Of a stretch of DNA of 32,000 bases, positions 9,389 to 17,700 are shown in pieces; position 1 is the first letter of the stretch, and each line of letters opens with the position of its first letter. The translations under genes were made by a program, and so were the position numbers. The notes under the pieces were generated by a model. The model ran no database searches and was not told the DNA's origin. It worked only from the letters and a program-made list of their open reading frames with translations. The stretch covers positions 90,001 through 122,000 of the forward strand of contig NJBF01000003.1 in NCBI GenBank assembly GCA_003144275.1, in the 5' to 3' direction. This DNA comes from Candidatus Heimdallarchaeota archaeon B3_Heim. GTDB taxonomy: Archaea > Asgardarchaeota > Heimdallarchaeia > Hodarchaeales > Hodarchaeaceae.

Positions 9389-10300
9389 ATGTTGAAACTC
9401 ATACCTTTAGGAGAACCCAGACCCGTTCCATTTGAAACTATGCCTGAAAAATTAGAATTCAGAAGTCCCAGTTCTAATTTATCGATCGTATTTCATTCTG
9501 TCAAAGAAATTCGTATGGCTCATTATGTTTGGAAGATCTCAATATTTGATGGTGAAACGGATATTACTGAAGAGCATCCGTTTGAGGAGGACAATTTTTT
9601 TCTCCCTATCTACTATTCCTCACTTATCCGATCCTATTATGCTCCTTGGGGGTATGAAGGGAATATTCTATGTTTATACTGTGTAACAGATGAATTAGAA
9701 ATTCTAACGAAATTTTACTCTTTTAAAACAAAATCCTATGTATCTCCTCCTCTACTGAGTGTTACAACTATCCTTTGTTCTCCAACTAGTTCAGATGTTC
9801 TAACTATTAGTTATGACTCTCAGGTTTCAGCCTGGAGACCTTTTATAGTTAATCTCGATGGAAAAATGAATATTGGATTACCCTTTGCAAGTATTCCGTT
9901 GGATCTATTCATAAGTTGGTTAAATCCTTCTCCTAATTATTTTGTAATTTTTCGTGATCCAGAGGAAAAAAAGACAACTCTTTATTATTATGAGGGAATT
10001 TCAGAAACTTTTAAGGGGAAGATTTCCTTAGAACCCTCTGAATTTGTTCCGTTTAAAGAAGAGGAGATTTTAGCTGAAAAAATCAATCGAAGCGCTCCAT
10101 CGGCATTAAAGTCTCTTGCCTACGGTGATTTTCTCAACAAATGGGATGAAATTGGGTTTGATTATAGTTCTAATACGCTCATACTCAAGTATGTGCGACC
10201 CAATGGCCAATCGTTTATTGAGGAAGGCCAGGAATACGTGAATATCCTGAAATATGAGATACAATACAGATTTGAAGTGGTACAGGAGGAAGAGAAATGA
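9389..10300 (+). CDS. Hypothetical protein, possibly beta-rich/propeller-like
   Basis: Long ORF of about 300 aa. Its stop overlaps the MazG start (ATGA). ATG 9389 is preferred over TTG 9374. No family recognised. Confidence 0.6.
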   Translation: MLKLIPLGEPRPVPFETMPEKLEFRSPSSNLSIVFHSVKEIRMAHYVWKISIFDGETDITEEHPFEEDNFFLPIYYSSLIRSYYAPWGYEGNILCLYCVTDELEILTKFYSFKTKSYVSPPLLSVTTILCSPTSSDVLTISYDSQVSAWRPFIVNLDGKMNIGLPFASIPLDLFISWLNPSPNYFVIFRDPEEKKTTLYYYEGISETFKGKISLEPSEFVPFKEEEILAEKINRSAPSALKSLAYGDFLNKWDEIGFDYSSNTLILKYVRPNGQSFIEEGQEYVNILKYEIQYRFEVVQEEEK

Positions 10301-10665
10301 CTGAAACAACAATTGGTGAATTATCCTCATTAGTTGCAGATTTTATTAGCAAACGAGATTGGAATAAGTATCATACACCAAAAAATCTTGCCATGTCAAT
10401 TTCGATTGAGGCAGCTGAAATCATGGAATTATTCCAATGGGTAACAAATGAAGAAGCATCAGAAAACGTACAAAATGATCCATCTGTGAAAATTGCGTTG
10501 GAAGATGAGCTCGCTGATGTAATGATTTACTGCTTAAGTATGGCTAATACCTGCGATATAGACATTGCCCATTCTATTAGACGGAAGCTTACAGAGAATG
10601 AAAGTCGTTTTCCTGTTGAAATTGTAACAGGGAAACTAGGACCATATAAAATTGATAGAAAATAA
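10297..10665 (+). CDS. MazG-like nucleotide pyrophosphohydrolase (RS21-C6/DCTPP1 type)
   Basis: RDWNKYHTPKNLAMSISIEAAEIMELFQW and EDELADV (ExxE...ExxD metal ligands). Confidence 0.9.
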   Translation: MTETTIGELSSLVADFISKRDWNKYHTPKNLAMSISIEAAEIMELFQWVTNEEASENVQNDPSVKIALEDELADVMIYCLSMANTCDIDIAHSIRRKLTENESRFPVEIVTGKLGPYKIDRK

Positions 10666-10678
10666 CTTTTGTACTCTT

Positions 10679-11734
10679 TTACTGCTTCCTTAAATCATAC
10701 ACGCTGAGAGATAACTTTTTTCCCGCAACCCATTCAGTCAGCTTGGTTAGAGCTTCTTGTAATGAATCTGTCCGGCCACCTGCTGCTCGAGGATGGCCTC
10801 CTCCTGAAAATTCAGCTGCAAGCGTATCTACACGATATTCTGATAGATTTGAATCTGAAATTATAGAATTCACTCGAAAGGAAAGGCCTGTAAACCGTTT
10901 ACCAGGATAAAGGACACAGGTTATTTTTACATCTTTCTGAAAAAGCCTGTGGACTAATGAAGAAGTTATAACCTTCTCCTTTCCTTGAATGACAAGTATT
11001 ACATCAGCATGGGGAATAGTATCTGCTATTTCGAAGCTTTTCTTTCGTAAGCTATATAATTTGTGTAATCTTTCTTGATATTCAGGTTGATCACAGATTT
11101 GCAGTTGTCGTGAAGAAAGATCCTGAACAAGGGTTAAGACCTCTTCAGGAGTATTCACAGTTCTACACAAATCATCTAGAAGCCATGCTAGTTCCTCTTC
11201 AGAGGCTTGATCCACATCTTTGGGAAGCTCTATTGGAGGGGGGCTGGTATATCCAGCAGTATCTGTGATTACAGTGAGTTGAGCTAGAAATTGAATTTTT
11301 GTTGGTAAATGAGCATAGAAGTGTTGTGCAAGTAGAAAAGAGGCACTTGGTGCTCCTGCTTGAAAAAGAACTATATCAGCGTTTTTAGGTAATTCTTTAG
11401 ATGTTTGATGATGATCACAATAAAGAGTAATTCTTTTCGAGTGAAAAGGGGCTAGATCGGCAATGGCCTTCCATTCGACACTCGATAAGAATGAACCGAA
11501 CTCTGGATGTCGAAGTTCTTGATACCCTAAGGGTATAAACACATATTTCCGAAAAGGGGAGAGATTTTTTAGGATAACTGCTGAAACGATTCCATCTGCA
11601 TCACTAGAATGAAATGCCACTTTTTTTTTGGGTAGTAATGAGAGTGCATAGACATATCTAATTGTTTGTTTCATTTGATCAGAAAAATCATCCAGAATCG
11701 TATCAAGATCAAAGAGTAAGGACATTCTATTCAT
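10679..11734 (-). CDS. DHH/DHHA1 family phosphoesterase
   Basis: HSSDADG, ADL, CDHH and C-terminal GGGHPRAAGG motifs. Confidence 0.88.
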   Translation of the reverse strand: MNRMSLLFDLDTILDDFSDQMKQTIRYVYALSLLPKKKVAFHSSDADGIVSAVILKNLSPFRKYVFIPLGYQELRHPEFGSFLSSVEWKAIADLAPFHSKRITLYCDHHQTSKELPKNADIVLFQAGAPSASFLLAQHFYAHLPTKIQFLAQLTVITDTAGYTSPPPIELPKDVDQASEEELAWLLDDLCRTVNTPEEVLTLVQDLSSRQLQICDQPEYQERLHKLYSLRKKSFEIADTIPHADVILVIQGKEKVITSSLVHRLFQKDVKITCVLYPGKRFTGLSFRVNSIISDSNLSEYRVDTLAAEFSGGGHPRAAGGRTDSLQEALTKLTEWVAGKKLSLSVYDLRKQ

Positions 11735-11787
11735 CTACAACCTTAATTTGGAATTTGACCTATCCACGGGGGAATTATTATGTGTGT

Positions 11788-12456
11788 TTATAATTCAATG
11801 ACTCGGTCTATTGGAATATTTCTTTTTTTTAGGAAGTTCAGCGCCCCACTGATATTACCAAGTTGTTCAAGGTAATGTGCATCCGACCCAACAGAAAATA
11901 TATTTTCTTCATCTAAATAATTGAACCATTGATCCAAATAATTTTGGTAACCAGTATTCAGCTCAATGATAAGGTTTTTTTCGCGTATCACACTCATGAC
12001 TTCATCAAATTTGGCATGTGTCACTCGTGAAAAGCGTGTATGGGCAAATCCAACATTCTTATTCGGGAAATCATGTGAAAATTTTCTAACCTCGGAAAAA
12101 ATCCTATCCCAAGTTGGTAAATTAAATACATACTCAAAGAGGATTAGATCCCATGAATAATACCCAAGTTTAGAAAAATCTGTAACTGAAGAAGTATCAA
12201 CTTCAATCCCCACAAATATCTGGATTTTTTTCGCAAATTTCTCTTTTAGGCTTTGAATTGTATCGAAGTATTGATTCATAGTTTCATTAGTTACAGCAGG
12301 TTTAAAATAAGAATAATGATCTGTAAAACAGATTTGCTCGATTTTTTTCTTAATTCCAAGGTTGATAAATTCTTCTGCAGAGGAAAACCCATCAGAGAAG
12401 TTAGTATGGATATGAAAGTCACGTTTGATCTCAAAAGAAGTCATTATATTCAACAA
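11788..12456 (-). CDS. PHP-domain phosphoesterase (HisK/YcdX-like)
   Basis: DFHIHT..SDG, TDH, GIEVD, AH and GSDAH motifs. Confidence 0.88.
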   Translation of the reverse strand: MLNIMTSFEIKRDFHIHTNFSDGFSSAEEFINLGIKKKIEQICFTDHYSYFKPAVTNETMNQYFDTIQSLKEKFAKKIQIFVGIEVDTSSVTDFSKLGYYSWDLILFEYVFNLPTWDRIFSEVRKFSHDFPNKNVGFAHTRFSRVTHAKFDEVMSVIREKNLIIELNTGYQNYLDQWFNYLDEENIFSVGSDAHYLEQLGNISGALNFLKKRNIPIDRVIEL

Positions 12457-12570
12457 ACGGAAAAACTACTGAGAAATAAATTTGTGGGTAAAGATAATTT
12501 TTTATGTTAAAAAAAAAGCTGATTTATCAGAGATAGAAGATAGAAGGTGGAGTAAATCGCGAAATTAGCC

Positions 12571-13317
12571 GTGCTTATTGACCCAAATAAAGGTCGCGCA
12601 ACAGAACGGATGTATAAAGCTCTAACTGAAATACTTATGGAGCATGAAGATCCTTCCCAGCTTCCACTTGAAATTTGGGTGGGAGATTCGCACGAAATCA
12701 TGAGAGGAGTGCACAAATACCTTCGCCGTCTCAAAAAGCTTGATTTAGTTCTTCCACCAGTAGTGATCTTTCCAGGGCACCCGCTCCAAATATCTTCTTT
12801 GTCTGATTACATTATGATGCCTACATTACTAAATTGTTATCGTTTTCGGATCAAAGTTGTACTCAAACTTGGTAAGAAATACCATTGGTTGTTTAAATGG
12901 ACCAGACGTCTGATTTTTGGGCAATTTCCGAAGGATCGGAAATATGGGTACCTAGTCTTAAGTCCTCAATCCACCGTTGGCAGAAAACTCCATGCAAAAG
13001 CACTAAAGGATGATGAAGCATATGACGAGTTAACACAAAAATGGCGTCCTTACTGGGAAATGTGCTATATAGAAGCAGGTTCAGGAAATTTCTCTGCTTC
13101 AATTGCCAATAGATTAGATCTTGTTAAGCGTGCATCGTTCTTCGCACATGGAAAACAAGCTAAGTTAATTACTGGAGGGGGAATTAGAACAAAAGAGCAA
13201 GTTGAAGGTTTAGTAAAAGCAGGCTCAGATTTGATAGTTGTTTCCTCAGTATTGGAAAAAGCTGACCATCCCAAAGAACTGATGAAACAATTTTTACAGG
13301 CTGTAAAACACCAGTAA
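12571..13317 (+). CDS. Geranylgeranylglyceryl-phosphate synthase (GGGPS) family, group II-like, divergent; 5' end irregular
   Basis: LIDP, IFPG, GYL, YIEAGSG and GGGIR motifs. An in-frame TAA at 12553-12555 limits the ORF; see findings. Confidence 0.8.
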   Translation: MLIDPNKGRATERMYKALTEILMEHEDPSQLPLEIWVGDSHEIMRGVHKYLRRLKKLDLVLPPVVIFPGHPLQISSLSDYIMMPTLLNCYRFRIKVVLKLGKKYHWLFKWTRRLIFGQFPKDRKYGYLVLSPQSTVGRKLHAKALKDDEAYDELTQKWRPYWEMCYIEAGSGNFSASIANRLDLVKRASFFAHGKQAKLITGGGIRTKEQVEGLVKAGSDLIVVSSVLEKADHPKELMKQFLQAVKHQ

Positions 13318-13328
13318 TTGTAGTTCTA

Positions 13329-13862
13329 TCATTCCAGACTTTTGCCATACTCGAATAGGTTTCCAGCATTATAGATATCGAGTTGTACCTTTGATAATGG
13401 TGTAACTTGCTTTGATTGAACATCTTCCTTTTCAGATGTAATTTCCCCTGTTGTTAGGTCAATAGTCATTTGATCACCAGAATTTAATGTAGTTGTCATA
13501 ATATCAGGGGCCAAAATTAGTGGTATTCCAGAATTGATTGCGTTTCGTTTATAAATAGCTCCAAACGATTCGCCAATAATTACGATTACTCCTAAAGCTT
13601 TGAAACAGTCAACAGCTTGCTGTCGTGAAGATCCTGCCCCAAAATTTTTCCCAACAATTAAAATAGTGTTTGCTGTTACTATTGATGGAAACTCCTCCCA
13701 CCCTGGGAGGTTGCCAAATGTATGTTGACCCATTTCATTAATATCGGTAATATGGAGGTGTTTGTTATGGAAAATCATGTCCGTATCGATATCATCGATA
13801 CCTTTACCTTGTGTATCCTTGATTACAATTGCTTTACCACTTAGATTAGTAGGTTTTTTCAT
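13329..13862 (-). CDS. LeuD-like aconitase-family small subunit (non-canonical pair)
   Basis: DIDTD, NFGAGSSRQQA and IYKRNAIN motifs; AGGAG ribosome-binding-like site upstream. Confidence 0.85.
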   Translation of the reverse strand: MKKPTNLSGKAIVIKDTQGKGIDDIDTDMIFHNKHLHITDINEMGQHTFGNLPGWEEFPSIVTANTILIVGKNFGAGSSRQQAVDCFKALGVIVIIGESFGAIYKRNAINSGIPLILAPDIMTTTLNSGDQMTIDLTTGEITSEKEDVQSKQVTPLSKVQLDIYNAGNLFEYGKSLE

Positions 13863-13883
13863 AATGCATAACTCCTAGCGTTT

Positions 13884-15137
13884 TCAAATTTCTGGAACAA
13901 TTATTTCTCCTGCAAGAGCACAGGCTGCAGCTGTTGCTGGAGAAGCTAGATAAGTATCTCCTTTGCCTTGTTTTCCTGCAAAGTTTCGATTCCCAGTCGT
14001 AATTTGCACTTCTCCTTCACCTGTCATTCCAATTTGTCCACTTGCACAGCTGGCGCACCCAGGATTACTTATAATAGCTCCAGATTGATAAAATAATTCA
14101 ATAAGACCATTCTTTAGCATTTGTCCATATACTTCTTGTGTTGCAGGGACAATCTTCATCATGACGTCATTATGAACTTTTCTACCTTTGAGGATTCGAG
14201 CAGCTACCGCAAAATCTTCATATCGACCATTTGTGCAAGAGGCAATGACAACGGAGTCCACTTTTATTCCTGTAATCTCTGCGACTGGTTTTACATTAGC
14301 TGGATTAGGTGGTAAAGCAATTCTAGGTTCTATCCCTCCAAAATCATATTGAATATCCTCTACATAGCTAGCATCAGCATCGGCTTTGTGAATAGGAAAA
14401 TCTTTTCCACTTCTTTTCTTGCAATAATCAATAATTCTTTCATCGGGTGTGATTAAACCAATAATTCCTCCCATTTCTGTAACTTGACTGGCCAGCGTAA
14501 TACGTCCTGCTAAGTCAAGGGCATCAACTGTAGTCCCATAGAATTCTACCGATTTGCCCAATGCTCCTTTTGAACCTAATTGTTCTAATACTCCTAAAGT
14601 AACATCTTTGGCAAAGGAATTTTTAGCCGGGATCCCATCAATGGTGACTCGCATAGTATAGGGCACTTCAAACCATGTTTTACCTGTTTTGAAGGTAAAA
14701 GCAATATCTTGATCGCCCATTCCCTGTCCAAAGGCGCCTATGGCGCCAAGAATATTCAAATGAGAATCAGTACCAACAACAGTACTGTTTGGAGTTGCTA
14801 CTCCTTTTTCTATCATAACGTGAGATCCTATTCCTGCGTTCACATCATACAGGTTTTCCCGTGGTAAGTTATTCCGGGCAAATACTCTAGCGATTTGTTG
14901 ATTTTCAGCATAACCTAGATTATTTGCAGGAACTACACAATCAAATGTGAAAAAGGTTTTCTTGGGATCGGCAACATGTGATTCACCTGGATAATTAGTT
15001 TCAAGATTTTTGACTACATTGGCGCCACCGAAATCACGAGCGGATCGCACATCGATATCTAACCAAACGATCTTTTCTGGAGCAACTTCTTCCGATGTAT
15101 GGTCGGCAATTATTTTTTCAATTATTGGTTTACCCAT
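13884..15137 (-). CDS. LeuC-like aconitase-family large subunit with altered active-site motifs
   Basis: GTDSH, SCTNGR, NPGCASC and GNRNF are present (three cluster Cys). The start is more likely ATG 15137 (MGKPIIEKII) than 15155. Confidence 0.85.
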   Translation of the reverse strand: MGKPIIEKIIADHTSEEVAPEKIVWLDIDVRSARDFGGANVVKNLETNYPGESHVADPKKTFFTFDCVVPANNLGYAENQQIARVFARNNLPRENLYDVNAGIGSHVMIEKGVATPNSTVVGTDSHLNILGAIGAFGQGMGDQDIAFTFKTGKTWFEVPYTMRVTIDGIPAKNSFAKDVTLGVLEQLGSKGALGKSVEFYGTTVDALDLAGRITLASQVTEMGGIIGLITPDERIIDYCKKRSGKDFPIHKADADASYVEDIQYDFGGIEPRIALPPNPANVKPVAEITGIKVDSVVIASCTNGRYEDFAVAARILKGRKVHNDVMMKIVPATQEVYGQMLKNGLIELFYQSGAIISNPGCASCASGQIGMTGEGEVQITTGNRNFAGKQGKGDTYLASPATAAACALAGEIIVPEI

Positions 15138-15333
15138 TCTAATTTGACACCCCATAGATTATACTCTGATTTACAAAAAGAGTATCTGTGTCTTCATTTT
15201 AACTGAATTCACGGAAATTTTTTCCTCGAAAAAAACCTTCCTCCTTGATGATTACAAAACCAAGAAGGAGCGATAAGAATTGCTAAGAATCAACTAGATT
15301 TATTAGATTAGAACCGTTCATCGCTCTGTTCGC

Positions 15334-15591
15334 TTGGAGAAGGTTGGTGTTCTCTCTCGACAGTTTTTTCGGATGGTGAGGAAGATTGGCAGTAATATGA
15401 CGAATATACATGAAGCCTTACAAGAGTTTTCCGGGCAATCTGAAGAATTTAGTGCATCTAGTGAGCAGGTAGCTGCTGCAACTGAAGAGCAGACAGCATC
15501 TATGAATCAAATGACGTTTTCGGCACAGGCATTAACCCAACTTGCCGATAATCTTTCAAAAATGGTAGCAATTTTCAACCTAAATACTTAA
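15334..15591 (+). pseudogene. Isolated C-terminal helix of a methyl-accepting chemotaxis protein (remnant or mini-protein)
   Basis: Heptad pattern SEEFSASSEQVAAATEEQTASMNQM...AQALTQLADNLSKMVAIF typical of MCP C-termini. No hairpin-tip, HAMP or sensor region upstream. Confidence 0.6.
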
Positions 15592-15629
15592 ACCTCCACC
15601 CTTTTCTTATCTTTTTTTAAGGTAAGGAT

Positions 15630-16895
15630 ATGGTAGGTCAAACTTTAATCCAAAAAATTTTAGCAAAAGCTTCAGGTAAAGAGACTGAAGGAGTTGTCGA
15701 AAATGAAATTGTTTTTGTCTCACCTCACAGGATATTATCTCATGATAACTCAGCAGCTATTTCTAAAACGTTTTATAAGATGGTGGGGCCAAATGGGAAA
15801 ATTTGGGGTCCTGAAAAAATCTTTATTGCATTAGATCATGCTGTTCCCCCGCCTGACGCAGTAAAAGCGGGAAACCATACAGTCATCAGGAAGTTTGTTA
15901 AAGATCAAGGTATTAAATATTTCTACGAGGGTGGTACGGGCATTTGTCATGAAGTCTTGCCTGCTAAAGGACACGTTCCTCCTAATGTTGTAATCCTCGG
16001 CAGTGATAGCCACACTACCACTCATGGTGCGTTTGGTGCAGCAGGTATTCCTATTGGAAGAACTGAAACCGCTTCTGTATGGGCTATTGGGGAAACATGG
16101 TTGAAAGTACCAGAATCTATCAAGATCATTCTTGATGGTTCATTACCAAAAGGTGTTTATGCGAAAGATGTCATCTTAGAAATTATACGACAAATAACAG
16201 CTGCAGGAGCAACGTATAATTCCATTGAATTTTATGGTTCCTCTGTAAAGAAGTTATCCATGAGTGAACGGATGACATTAAGCAATCTGACTGCAGAAAT
16301 GGGTGCCAAAGCAGGCATTTTTCCAGTGGATGATGTAACTGATGAATGGAACAAACAATTTGGGTTTCAATATGATCGAATAACTGCAGATGAAGATGCG
16401 AAGTATATCAAAACTCTGGAATTGGAGGTGTCTAACTTAACCCCTCGTATAGCCAAACCTCATAAAGTGGATAATGTAGTTCCCATAGAAGAATTAGGAA
16501 AAACCACTATAGATGTGGCATTAATTGGAACTTGTACAAATGGGCGGTTAGATGATCTTGAAATTGCAGCCAATATCTTGAAAGATAAAACCATTCATCC
16601 CAATATTCGATTATTAGTATATCCAGCTTCTCAAGAGATTCTTCTCCAAGCAACACGGGAAGGGATACTTGAGATTCTTGTAGCTGCTGGAGGCCAAATT
16701 GGAGTTCCTGCCTGTGGTCCTTGTTTAGGAGCATATGGTGGATGTATTGCATCAGGAGAAAAAGCTATTTCCTCGGCGAACAGAAATTTCAAAGGTCGTA
16801 TGGGTAGTAAAGAAGATACGGGAATTTATTTAGCTAGTCCAGCAACAGTGGCGAAATCAGCCCTTGCAGGGTACATAACTGCAGAGGAGTCATAA
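15630..16895 (+). CDS. LeuC/HacA-like large subunit, probable homoaconitase
   Basis: SHDN, LDH, GICHE, GSDSH, GTCTNGR, CGPC and ANRNFKGRMG motifs; all canonical aconitase-family residues present. Confidence 0.85.
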   Translation: MVGQTLIQKILAKASGKETEGVVENEIVFVSPHRILSHDNSAAISKTFYKMVGPNGKIWGPEKIFIALDHAVPPPDAVKAGNHTVIRKFVKDQGIKYFYEGGTGICHEVLPAKGHVPPNVVILGSDSHTTTHGAFGAAGIPIGRTETASVWAIGETWLKVPESIKIILDGSLPKGVYAKDVILEIIRQITAAGATYNSIEFYGSSVKKLSMSERMTLSNLTAEMGAKAGIFPVDDVTDEWNKQFGFQYDRITADEDAKYIKTLELEVSNLTPRIAKPHKVDNVVPIEELGKTTIDVALIGTCTNGRLDDLEIAANILKDKTIHPNIRLLVYPASQEILLQATREGILEILVAAGGQIGVPACGPCLGAYGGCIASGEKAISSANRNFKGRMGSKEDTGIYLASPATVAKSALAGYITAEES

Positions 16896-16897
16896 AA

Positions 16898-17425
16898 ATG
16901 CGTTTCAAGAGTCAAAAAATATGGATTTTTCCAGAAGATGATATTAACACGGATGTAATATTCCCAGGACGGTATACGTATGAGCCGCTAACACCTGATG
17001 AAATGGCTCGTCACGCCCTAGAAGATTATGATTCTAAATTCATTGAAGAAGTGGAAGAGGGAGATATCATCGTGGCAGGCAATAATTTTGGAGCTGGTTC
17101 AAGTCGAGAGCAAGCAGTTACCTGTTTACAAGCTGCTGGAATTAGTTGTATTATTGCAAAATCGTTTGCACGTATATATTTTCGAAATGCTATCAACCAG
17201 GCGCTTCCCCTCGTTATTTCGCCGGAATGTTCAGACTTTATAACAAAGAATAAGAAAAATCTATTATCCTCTAAAGAAAAAATTGATGTAGATTTTGATA
17301 ATGGCCTCCTTAAGATTAAAGATAAAGTGTTTTCATTCCCCAAACTTGATGATCAGGCACTTCAAATCTTTAAGGCCGGAGGTTTAGTTGAATATACTAA
17401 AACTAGGTTAAAGAAAAGTACGTGA
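16898..17425 (+). CDS. LeuD/HacB-like small subunit, probable homoaconitase
   Basis: DINTDVIFPGRYTY, NFGAGSSREQA and IYFRNAIN motifs; 2 nt after the large-subunit stop, with GAGGAG upstream. Confidence 0.85.
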   Translation: MRFKSQKIWIFPEDDINTDVIFPGRYTYEPLTPDEMARHALEDYDSKFIEEVEEGDIIVAGNNFGAGSSREQAVTCLQAAGISCIIAKSFARIYFRNAINQALPLVISPECSDFITKNKKNLLSSKEKIDVDFDNGLLKIKDKVFSFPKLDDQALQIFKAGGLVEYTKTRLKKST

Positions 17426-17700
17426 TACTTGGCGCATAATTCAGCCACTTTTTCTCTTTTCTTTATCATTTACTCTTATATTTATGATAACATAAGTAAA
17501 GATCAAGTTTTTCCCTTATTATCGAACATAGGTAAATGTATTAATTTTCATATACCTTTCTATATTGCGATAAACGCAATTCATGCTCAACCACAAGTGA
17601 AAACCGGATTTCTGGTGTTTTTACAGAGAATTTTAAACCAATCTATATACCACCCATCATTCCTTGATGACTTAGATATCAAGTTAAACGGTGAAAAAAT

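Noticed and set aside
13329-17425. Aconitase X / phosphomevalonate dehydratase of the archaeal mevalonate pathway, suggested by the neighbouring GGGPS
   Set aside because: Both pairs have LeuC/LeuD-type motifs (DSH, CTNGR, CxxC, NRNF, GSSR) rather than AcnX-family features; the adjacency is convergent and may be incidental.
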